Below, piece by piece: positions 26,753 to 38,314 of a stretch of DNA of 64,000 nucleotides. Origin of the DNA: Octopus vulgaris (taxonomy: Eukaryota); assembly GCA_951406725.2 (NCBI GenBank), contig OX597821.1, forward strand, positions 101,618,001 to 101,682,000, written 5' to 3'. Numbering within the stretch: position 1 is the stretch's first letter; each line of letters opens with the position of its first letter. The translations under genes were made by a program, and so were the position numbers. Below the pieces are notes generated by a model, which did not search any database, was not told the origin of the DNA, and worked only from the letters and a program-made list of their open reading frames with translations.

Positions 26753-26928
26753 TAAGGGCAATACTGTTTATTTATTATGGTAGTTTTGACTTTAAGCATC
26801 CCTCCTAGCGTGAGGCATTTATGTATAGTAATGCCCTTAATATAAATAAATATAGTTAAGAGGAATAAATTGATGTATTTTTCCCTTACTACTTGATAAA
26901 TTCTTATAAAGATTTTATCCTATTTTTC

Positions 26929-26985
<57 letters not shown>

Positions 26986-28597
26986 TATAGTCCAAAGATG
27001 AAGCTCCTACATAGTTGCTTCATCAGCAAGAACTAGCAGCCAATCTAACTCAAATTATATCCTTCCATCTTAAAACAAAGAATACATTGGTTAATGTATT
27101 TACAGATCTATTTATGTACTGGCTCCATGTAAAAAGCACCCAGTACATTCAGCAAAGTGGTTGGCATTATTAGGAAGTGCATCCAGTCATAGAAACCTTG
27201 CCAAAACAAACAGTTGGAGCCTGGTGCAACAGAACTAATCAACATGTACTTATGTGACATGATAATGAACAAGGGCTAACTTGATCAAAATGTGAGTTTT
27301 ACTTCAAAATGGAACAGATTAATTTTAGTAACTACAGAATTTTTTCTGTTATCAATAATAATAATTACTCATTAAAAAGAATTTTAGGTATCAAAAATGG
27401 ATTACATTTTCTACTCATTAATAATTTAGTATTGCCAACTATCCTCAACAATCTGCTGATCCTAATCGAATACAATCAGATCAATTTAACACTTCATAGC
27501 TAAGTTTATTTAACACTGTGACCCTTTATTTAAATAACCAAGCAAGAAAGTGTGATTAATCCATTTTTAAACTTTAGTACATTTTGGTTAAGATAATAAT
27601 ATAATGAATTATAGTGAGGGAATTTGGTTGTTGAAAATTAATCTTTTAATAGCGTATGGATTCCTTGAGATAATCCTGTTATAAGAGACTTTATTAGGTT
27701 AAGTAATCAAACTCTACCTGGAAGGTAATAAAGTTCACAGTGTGCTATTTTGTAATCAAGTTTATTTTTGAAAACTACTAAATCAAGACAATAAAAAAAA
27801 ATAAGCCTGAAAAATCAATGAACCCATTATTTGAGTAGCTAGTACTGTATACCCCCACCACCTCCCTCAAAACCCAACTTTGTGTTATGTTCACTGAAGA
27901 TAGCTTCTATAAGATTGATATAAACAGTTCTATGCCTTTTACTTTTCTAACTTGAAAGCCACTGTTCTCTATATTTTATACAATTGTGACTGCAGGTTGT
28001 ATTAAAATATTGAAAAAATAGAATGTTATTTAAAACACCTTTTATTTGGATTTAAAATTTTTTAATATATTTTGATGACGTACAACAGAAATTTTTCTAG
28101 TGCTGGAAGTATGATTGATAAAATTGATTCTTGATAAAATACTGGCTCTGGAAAAGTAAAAGGCAAGTTAAACTATGGTGGAATTTGAAGTAGGAACAAA
28201 GAGGGATAAAGCTGACAAGGACTTAGATCAATACTCTGTGGTCTGAACAATCCATCATATTTTATTTTGGTTGTTTAATATTAAAAACAAAGATGCTCAC
28301 TTGAATATAAACTACTATGATAGTTCAACTAATCAAAGATTAGGTATATAAAGTTTGAATGACAATGTATGGAACAAATTTCCTAAATAATTCAAGGAGT
28401 GGTTTTAACAAATTGCCAACTGTTGTTTTTATTGATTTACAAACTTGGTTCAAATTCACCAACAACAATGCTATTTCATGTTTGAATGTCTTTTCTTTTT
28501 AAAGAAAATATTTGCTCACAATTCTTCAGATTATCATATTTTGAACAAATTAGAACCTGAAAACCTATATGTGAGGGAAAACGAACTTCTGAACAAG

Positions 28598-28780
28598 TAC
28601 TGTTTTTGAAGACATATACGACACACTACTTCAGAAAAAAACCCCCACCCAGGTCTTATTTGTGAATTTGAGCCTCCATAAGTTTTAATGTACTAAAAGC
28701 CTCTTTTTCTGAATATGTGCCGCTGAAATTAGGGTGTGTCTAATATGCTTGTAAGTCTTTTATGCCATCAAATATGGGAT
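28598..28780. mobile_element. Decayed Tc1/mariner-superfamily MITE
   Basis: Ends tactgtttttgaagacatatacgacacac ... gggtgtgtctaatatgc...gtcttttatgccatcaaatatgg resemble CCGTATTT..TATAAGACGCAC-type TIRs. Confidence 0.45.
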
Positions 28781-29226
28781 GTAGGTACATTTTTGATCAC
28801 CAGTGCAGGTTTCTACAGCCTTAAAATCATTACCTGTAGCTAAAATTAGATTATTTACAAAGCATTAACATTGATATAACTCAACCTCATCATCATCATC
28901 ATTTAACGTCCATTTTCCATGCTGGCATGGGTCGGATGGTTTGACTGAGAACTGGTAATATATTACAATATATGATTTCACAAAACAATTAGATCACCAT
29001 GTTTTCATTAAAATAAAAAAATTTTAAAAAGCCTCTGATTCCAGAATCTGAAGCAATTCTGTTGGTGGCTCAGCAGAGCTGTATTTTGAAAGACTGAAGC
29101 AAGAGAAAGAGTAAAAGAGTATATTCAAATGAATGATAAGGCAAACCAAAATATATTGAATGTAGATCCAACAAATGAGCCTCTTAAAAGTTGCTCAACC
29201 TGCAAGAAATATCAGCCAAATCCTTC

Positions 29227-30400
29227 TGACCAGCTATTTTCCCTGCTTCCATATCCTTAACACCCTATCCATCTTTTCTTGAGTGGCTGGTCCCTGTCAT
29301 GAGTACTCGGGACAGACTCCCTCTCTCCCATGTTTTCTCCACATTCAACAGCCCCTCATAGTTGCACAACAGCCCTTCATAGTTGCATATAGTTGACTGT
29401 TTTAAAGAAATGATGGACACAATGTAGTAATGACTGGAGCACCTTTGAACATGACTTTGCTTGACCAAAGCAGATCTAAGGTTAAACAATGACCACAACA
29501 TTAAAAGCAAGGGTGATAAGTAGCTGACCATCTATCTAATGGATCTGTAGTTAGCATCTGCTCTTAAATTGCTTTTATATTTTTGTTCATGACAAAAGCA
29601 CTTCTCTTTCTCTCACTTTCTTTCTGTCTGTGTGACTTTCTCTCTTCTGGAAAAAATTGACTATCATCAAACCTAGAGTGGGTTAGACTTTGCCAAGTCT
29701 AAATATACCCAAGACACGTTATATGTGATGAGGCCACTCTTATGATTCCACAAAGAAACTGAGGGCTCAAAGTAAATATATATATATACATATATATACA
29801 TACATACATACGTTTACATACACATATAGATACATATACACACACATATACATACATATGCACTCACATATATACATACACACACACATACATACGTATA
29901 CACACACATACACATATATACATACACACATACATACACATATATACATACACACATATACATATATACATACACACATATACATACATATACATACACA
30001 CACACACACACATATATATACACACACATATACATACGTACAGGTGAGGTTAGACAGCAAATACATTTAGGCAGAGGGAGAAGCAGAAAGAAAGAAGATT
30101 GTTCATGTTTTGCAGTATGAGGATCAGCAGCACAAGATGTTCAGAATATTGAAATGATGTACTAAAGTGAAATAAGATATCATCAGGGAGAACTGTAAGC
30201 AAAATGATAATGGCACACTTACTCTCAATGACACTGAAAAGAAAGGCTATGGAGGTGCAACTATGAGGGGCTGTTGAACGTGGAGAACACATGAGAGGGA
30301 GGGAGTCTGTCCCAAGAAGACTCATGACAGGGACCAGCCACTCAAGTAGACTAGATGGATAGGGTGCTAAGGATATGAAAGCAGGGAAAATAGCTGGCCA
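29227..30400. repeat. Inverted repeat, ~145 bp arms (29227-29367 / 30255-30400)
   Basis: Direct reverse-complement alignment with scattered mismatches. Confidence 0.92.
29780..30040. repeat. Compound TA/CA/TACA microsatellite
   Basis: Direct inspection. Confidence 0.95.
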
Positions 30401-31214
30401 AAGGGAAACAGTCACAGATGCTCAAAATATCTGGTGAAGAAGGGTATGGTTTAGTCACTCAAAGAGTTAATCAGGTAATAAAAGAGTTTCATATCTAGTG
30501 GCTGACATAGCAGCATTATTGGATCGATTAAATAAGTACCAGTTACACACTGGGGATTAATATAATTGACTTACCCCCTCCCCACAAATTTCAGGCCTTG
30601 TGCCTATAATAGAAATGATTATTGTAAACTGTTATAAAGGTGAAGGAGTTATAGCAAAGTTGATCTGAAGTAAGATTAACCTGCAAGGGACACGGTTTTG
30701 TTTTGTATCACCATGAAGAATCACTGATGTCATCTTCCTAGTGAGATAAATGCCAGAGAAATATTTAGCTAGAAATAAGCCTCTATGCCTAGCATTTGCA
30801 GATCTGAAAAATATCATTAGCAGACTCCTTTGCTCTGTCATCTAGTGGGCACAAAAGAAGCTAGTAGAAGAATGGCTAATAGGGTTGTGAAACTATGTTT
30901 GTAAAGACAGTTAACCAGGTGAGAGTTAACAATGAATTTAGTGAGTAGGTTGGGATCTATCCGAGTTGGATCCTTAGCTCTCTTCTGTTTTGTACCACAA
31001 TGAAGAATACATAATACATAAAGATAGAATTCAAGTAATATCATGTCTGATGACATAAAAAATAGTTACATACAATTAATACTCAAGGTTGACTTGCTGC
31101 CTATGACTCCAATTGAAACTGCAGCTAAAAGCAGGGATGTTATAACTGCCTTATGACAATTAGCTATAAAAAAGTTTATCAACTGAGCAGGTACCTACAC
31201 AACAGAATAAAAGT

Positions 31215-31640
31215 ATAAACAAGCAGACAACTGGTATCAGGTTAGATTATGACATATCTTTAAATATGAGGGTTAAGTTGTTACATGTGTACAGATGATA
31301 AGAAGGAAGTAATAATGTGTGCAGACAGTCTCTTACAGCTATTTCAAGAATAGATGCACCTTGTCTAAAACAAACAGCAGCAGTGATCTATTCCATCATC
31401 CTCTGCTATATCTCAATCTCCTTTCAGTAATGGAATAGACTGCTGTTATATGGATAGCTAGCATTTATTTGCACAAGATGCATAATCTGTGCATCTGTTC
31501 TTGAAACAGCTGTTAGAGACTTTCTGCACACCTATTTATTTCCTTTCTCCTTATGATCTATACTCCTTTAACAACTCAACCGTCATGTTTAAAGGTATAA
31601 ATGTCATAATCTAACTTGATACCAGTTGTTTGCCTGTTTT
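31215..31640. repeat. Long imperfect palindrome, ~180-210 bp arms
   Basis: acaactggtatca.gttagattatgacat / atgtcataatctaac.tgataccagttgt; tgtgcaga.agtctct.acagct / agctgt.agagact.tctgcaca; tctattccat / atggaataga. Confidence 0.9.
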
Positions 31641-32546
31641 ACACATTCGCTTGCTTTCTTCCAGAAAGTTAATGCTCTTAGCGTAGATTTTTGGGGCCTA
31701 CAAATTTTGAACAGTTTCAAATGTAACAGGCTGAAACTGTAATGATAATTGGAAACTTGACTGATGAAAAGAAAGCCATGAAAGATCTGTTCTGGTTTTT
31801 CATGTCCGTCTTTGTATCATCTTTCTGTCCGTATGTTTTAATTGTCATTCGTCATGTTCTTATTCTGTTTCTTGGATTTATATATAAAGATTTCATCTTG
31901 TCTAATGTCCACTTATTCATGCTTACATGGGTCAGATGGAATTTGCTGAGGCATATTGTCTATAGTTGGATGCACCTGTTTCCAAGCAAGGTAACATTTG
32001 CAAAAGTCAGATACATTTCTCATGGAAGACTGGAAATAAACAACATTGCCTGCATGACGTTGGTATTCATTTACAACCATCATATGATATCAAGACAAGG
32101 GTATACACACACACAAGCACAAACATCCACAGACATATATGCATACACAAACACCAGAAGTTTTACAGTTTCTGTACATATACATGTACATATATTTCAA
32201 TACATATACTCATGAATATATACATATATAAATACTAGCCCCACTACATATACACACACACACACACACAGGGGTTTCTAATATTTCAGTGGGCCTGTGG
32301 CTATCATAGAAGACATTTGCTCAAAGTGCTGCACAGCAGGACTGATCAAGCCATGTGATTAGGGAGTGAGCTTTTTAATCATGCAGCCATTATGGCACCT
32401 GTCCATATATATATATTTTATATATAGAGATATATCTTCATATATTTATATGTCCATGAATATTTTTAGTATTCATATATCTTTATATCTCTAATATATC
32501 AATACATGTTTCAGCTTGGACAATTCTTATTTTATCTTAATTAAAC

Positions 32547-32598
<52 letters not shown>

Positions 32599-32729
32599 TA
32601 ACTGTAGTTTTCCTGATTTGAACTTTTTCTATTGTAATCCTAACACTTCAAGCTTGACTTGAGCACTTCTATGCTGTCTATGTGTTTCGAAAGAAAATTA
32701 TAACTATATATATATACATATATACATAC

Positions 32730-32792
<63 letters not shown>

Positions 32793-33328
32793 AAGTTATA
32801 GCTCTTTCAGATTTATAATTTACCGATGATGCATATATATATATATATATGTATGTGTATACATACACATACAGAAATAAATTTATATATAATATCTATC
32901 AATGTGTATGTGCATGATTGATTGCCAAATTGACTGATTGATAGATTGATTGATAGATATCTTGATAGTGATAGAAATTTCTACTTAAGAAAAATAATGT
33001 TGTTTATAAATATTTAATTTTATAATTAATAACTTGTGACAAACTGTATCAAGAGGGCTTAATTGAATAAAATATGCCCATCACTGTTCCTCTTTATCAT
33101 TTAATTAAAAAGTTAAATCTACATAGAATTAAATAATTCTATGCAAGTTACAGATGGATATCTAGACTCACAATGCATAATCTTATCACTATGCAGTTAA
33201 TTAACAATGTTCTAATGAATTACTGATGTACCGAAAGTATTTTAGCAGCCAAAAGTTCCTTTCATTAAATGGAGAATCAGAGATAGACAAACAGGAAAAA
33301 GGAGGCACAGTGACAATCATATCAGTTT

Positions 33329-33377
<49 letters not shown>

Positions 33378-33559
33378 TCTCCATTATAAACTCTACTGGG
33401 CTTTTATACATGCATTTGTTCTCTGTCTTGCTCATAGGTTTTATAATTTGTTATGTGTATTTCAATGCTAGAGCTTTCAAAAAGACCTGGAGTCTCAACT
33501 TCTTTGAGAGATGAAAATATTGATTGATGCTTATCTTTATCTTCTATAATAATAAACTT

Positions 33560-33618
<59 letters not shown>

Positions 33619-34160
33619 ACTTATATGGTTATGGACGTTGTGTCTAGTTTCGGCATATTTGGCATTAGAAAATTTTTTCTTTTGCCCTTGTTTATAAGTT
33701 GCTTATAAATTTAACCTTTAAAGGTATTTTTTAATATGCTGGCCTTTGATAAAATCTATTTTCGAAAATATCCTATATTAGATATATATATATATATATG
33801 TTTCTTTAAGTATAGCCCTTCATAATCAAGCATTAACTAAAAGTGTTATTAATAAATATTTAAGTAGATTATAATATTTGCTTTCACATGGAAAATTTGA
33901 CAAAGGCTTATCAACCTTACTCAAGTACTCCAGTGCCAGTTAAGAATCATTTCTACTTCTCAACTCAATCCAATATTTTATTACTTCAGATATTTCTACT
34001 TTGTAAATCATGCATACATTTCAATGAAATCATCAACCCATATGATGAGCCCATGCATAGAAATGGACAGACCTCGCAGTGTGACACAGCCAATTACTGC
34101 TAACATTTTAAGTCACTGTAAATTCGTTAAAATCAATATATATATATGAACATATGTATA

Positions 34161-34202
<42 letters not shown>

Positions 34203-34204
<2 letters not shown>

Positions 34205-34317
34205 TCTTGGGTTCAGTCCCACTGTGTGACACCTTTGGCAAGTGCTTTTTACAATAGCACCAGACTTACTAAAGTTTTGTAAATGGATTTGGTAAACAGA
34301 AACTGAAAGACATCCAT
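34203..34317 (+). mobile_element. tRNA-derived SINE fragment (third family)
   Basis: gggttcagtcccactgtgtg..acctt.ggcaagtg...ggatttggta.acagaaactgaaaga. Other copies at ~17050-17190, 18370-18500, 32270-32400(-), 47330-47425(-) and 56985-57135(-). Confidence 0.75.
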
Positions 34318-34383
34318 TATACACACACACACACACACACACACATACACACACACAAACATATACATATATACACGTTGGAC

Positions 34384-34525
34384 TGCTTTTGGCTTCTGTC
34401 TACCAAATCCACTCACAAGGCTTTGGTCAGCCTGAGACTATAGTAGAAGACACTTGCCCAAAGTGCCACACAGTGGAACTGACCCCAGAACCATGTGGTT
34501 GGGAAGTAAGGCTCTTACCACACAC
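34384..34525 (-). mobile_element. Same SINE family, inverted relative to 34203-34317
   Basis: Reverse complement aligns along the length of the 34203-34317 copy and adds the 5' head. Confidence 0.8.
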
Positions 34526-34636
34526 CCACACATACTCTCTCTCTCTCTCTATATATTATAATGTTAAGAAAAGTAGGAAAATATCCCACTGTTCTAACAG
34601 CACCCCCAACCCGACTACATGGAGAAAGGCATCTGC

Positions 34637-34721
<85 letters not shown>

Positions 34722-34937
34722 AGTGCACCTGAGCACTGTACACAATGTTTATTATTATTATTATTATTATATATATAGTGTGTGTGTGTGTTGTGTTTGT
34801 CTCCCACCACTACTTGACAGCCATTAGTTTGTTTGTGTCCCTGTAACTTAGCACTTTGGCAAAAATGACCAATAGAGTAAGTACCACACTTAAAAAATAA
34901 ATAAGTACTGAGGTTGATTTGTTCCATTAAAAGTTCC

Positions 34938-35182
34938 ACTTCATTGCCTATGGACCCCTTTGACTTTTAATTTACGCTACTGGACCTCCTCCATTGCAAT
35001 TTGATGTTTAAAAAGCATCCCATTATATTTTAATAATAAAATATTATTAGGAATTGTATTAGAACATTGTTAAAATATTTTGTGTAGTGTAGAAGAATAA
35101 CCAATTTATTGCCCATAAACTTTAATAAGAAAATATTATATGAACCCCCAAGGGTCATGTGGACCTCGGTTGAGAATCACTG
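34938..35182. mobile_element. hAT (Charlie-like) MITE with one intact end, interrupting a SINE 3' half
   Basis: Right end ggttgagaatcactg matches a CAGTGGTTCTCAACC-type TIR, with subterminal ggaccc motifs. SINE sequence resumes at 35183-35250 (also seen at 19170-19225). Confidence 0.65.
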
Positions 35183-35980
35183 AACTAAAACCCTTCAAGG
35201 TGGTGCCCAAGCATGGCCGAAGTCCAGTGACAGAAACAAATAAAAGATAAATGACTAAGATTTGTTGAAGCATATTTTCTATGACTGGCTGCCTTTCTTT
35301 TCACCAACTCTTACCTGTTTCCAACTTGTGTACATGTACATATGTGTATTTATATCTCTACTTATACATACACACACACAGCTAAAACTAGGAGGAAATG
35401 AAACTATTTTTCTCTCACATTGGATTTTAAAAGATAACCATAATCAAAGAGTTTTAAATTGTTCTTTAACTTGTTCATTTGAATCCGTTTGAATCTGTTT
35501 GTAAAGTTTCCTCTTCTTGGCACGTTTTAGGCATTATAAGCATTCACCTTTGTAAAATATATGGTTATGGTTACAATTACATTAAACTTGAAAGACACTG
35601 TCTGTTTTTCATGGCATTATTCTAATGCTTTGATGTGATGTGTCACAGATGGAAACAGTTTATTCAAATCATTTTTTGTTCTCTTAAAAATTGAAGTCAT
35701 TTGTTGATGAAACTTTCAATTTTCAATTCTTGGTCATTAATTCAATCAATGTATGAGGTTTAAGCCTATATTTTTCAGATAAACAAAATGCTACAAAGGT
35801 AATGTATTCAACATTTCAGCTTTGATATGCCACAACTGCAAAATATTGAATAAATATATTTTTGTGATGGTTATGTACTATGGTGGCTTAATAGTGTCAC
35901 TTTAAAATATGTTACAAGATGTGAAAATCTTAATTTTTCAGATGAATCATTTAGTATCATACTAAGATGTGAACACAATA

Positions 35981-36027
<47 letters not shown>

Positions 36028-37051
36028 CTTGAGATCATTTTCTTAATAGTTAAAGATATATAGATCTAACCTGATTACTGCTATTAGGAATTCTTTTTAA
36101 AATGAAGACTCAACATAGTAAAATTTGTAATGAATTTGCTGTTAACAAGTTACAAATATTAAAAGAATATTGAAAGATACAGAAATTATTTATTCTCAAA
36201 CACATGATAATGTTAATATAATAGCATGAACAGGATAAACTATCCATATATTTCAGAAAAAAATCGTTTGAGAATAAATTATTTCTGTATCTTTCAATAT
36301 ATCTCAACGCTTCTAAAGCAAACTTTGTTTACTTTCATTGTAAGTTAAATTTAAAATAATACTGTTTATAGTTCAATGCCATTTCTACTCTGATTTCAAA
36401 ACAACAAATTAAAGTTGTAAAAAGCCGTATATTAATTCTAAGAGAATTACAAATGGTTGTGTTGATAGGGGATTGGCTTAAAAGCTCAATATTTCAAATT
36501 CCAATACTAGCACTGTAAATATGAGGAGCACAAGCACTGTAGAATGAGTATATTTTGTTAGATTTCAGTGCTGAATCCAGGCTTGGAGATGATAAAGTAA
36601 GGCTGATCCAAACTGTCCAATTCAGCATTACCATTAGATCCAAGACTTGATTCTGACACATTTGCATGTCAAGATTTGCATTTGTCAATCTATGATGCTA
36701 CATTAACTTCACTACATACAGGTACTCACCAGTAAGTGGGTATCTTAACTAGGGGGGATTCTACAAAACAACTTTGACAAACAGAAACAACTCTACCAGA
36801 AATTTAGTGAATATCATGCAGAAATTAAAGAACAGAGTAAGTAGAATATATTTTTTTAAACTTTAGAAATGGGTATGCATTGAGTGTAAACTGAAAACCA
36901 ACATGCAAAATAAATTAAGAAAAACCGAAACCAAAATACACAACAATTTAAATCTGGCATGCAAAAAATATGCTTACAATACAACAACTGGTTTGTGGAA
37001 AAGACAATAAACGACTTATATACAGGAAGATAATCAGTAGGTGAGACAATT

Positions 37052-37225
37052 AACATGCAGAAAATAATAATGGGTTAAGTAACATACATAAAGGAACAGC
37101 TGGATAATCAACATGCAGAAAGGCACATTGGGATAACTAACATGCAGAAAGGCACATTGGGATAAACAACATGCAAAAAGGAATAGTTGGATAGTTAACA
37201 TGCATAAAGGAACAGTCTGAGAAGA
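37052..37225. repeat. 29 bp minisatellite, 6 units
   Basis: aacatRca.aaa starts at 37052, 37081, 37110, 37139, 37168 and 37197. Confidence 0.9.
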
Positions 37226-38296
37226 AATTCGTTTAACGGAGCACAATCTGATATATAACTTAAAAATTTGGAAGTGTAATCTCAACAGACTGAAGAAAAT
37301 AGGATACAAATATATATGAAATTTAAAATAACACTATAAATAGTAAAAATGTAGCATTACAACTCAAATAGAGTGAGAGAGATAGAAAGTAGCAAAGAGA
37401 ACACAGTTTGACCAAAGATTATGGATGACTGTACATTCAATTGGAGAGTGTAGAAATGAGAGCACAGCTGAACTGGAAAACATAGATAGGGCTGTAATTG
37501 ATTTAAAATAGTTTATGAGAGTTAACCAGAGTTATGAAAACAGTAGTAGAATATGTAACTTAATATAGATGTTATGTAAGTTCAATGACTATAGCAACAT
37601 AATTTTGAAATGTTTGTAAAGTTTGAAGCCAATAGCATACAGCAACAATAAAATGTTTCAGAAAATGAATAGACATGTTTGGGAAACCTATGTAACACAA
37701 ATTGGAAGGTATTGTTTTTGTGATATAAATTTAAAATTTCTAAAGGGAAAGGAGGGGGTGTATACAACATTAATATATAGGAACATATGAAGAACTCTTA
37801 AAGAAGAAACATCATTGTTGCTTAACGTCTGCCTTCCATGCTGGCATGGGTCACTATCCAATTTGATGAGCTATGACAGGAATGTAGTTATATATCATGA
37901 ACTGTATGAGAACCATTCCAAATAAGATGCTAACTTTAATTTATAAGCTAAAGGACAGTTTTAATAAAGATAAAATGAAAGGGTTGCAGTATTATTTTAT
38001 GAACTGTTGAAAATAAAAATAAAATGTAATAGTAAAGAGACACAGATATGATAAAGCCACTAGCCATCAGGGTTAATTCTATTAGAAAAATAAAACATAC
38101 TAAGATAGAAAAGATTACTGCTGATAAGCCATAGAATTTCAAAAATGAGGAAAATAAAACAAACAAATAACTAAAAGATAAAAATAAAAAGTGCATCAAG
38201 CATTCTTGAAAGGTATGAAGGCATAACAGAGGTTACTTTAAAAACAGCACAACATCACCATAAAATATCAAACAAATAACTAGAGCAGAGACTCAC

Positions 38297-38314
38297 CATT
38301 TTATAGACTTCCAT
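38297..38314 (-). CDS. Candidate alternative first coding exon of Rab3 encoding MEVYKM
   Basis: Minus strand reads ATG GAA GTC TAT AAA ATG|GTGAGT, with an in-frame upstream TAG. The phase-0 donor is compatible with the acceptor at 24977. It lies in a unique, GC-richer block (38300-38520). Confidence 0.55.

Noticed and set aside
29767-30070. YI/CV/HT-repeat ORFs (also at 4.6, 12.6, 13.5, 34.5 and 59.8 kb)
   Set aside because: Microsatellite artefacts.
31742-32215. 157 aa hydrophobic ORF
   Set aside because: Runs through interspersed-repeat and CA-rich sequence (shared with ~47100-47300 and 56760-56960); no domain.
37052-37225. CRISPR-like array
   Set aside because: Eukaryotic context, units too short, 'spacers' related to one another, and no cas genes.
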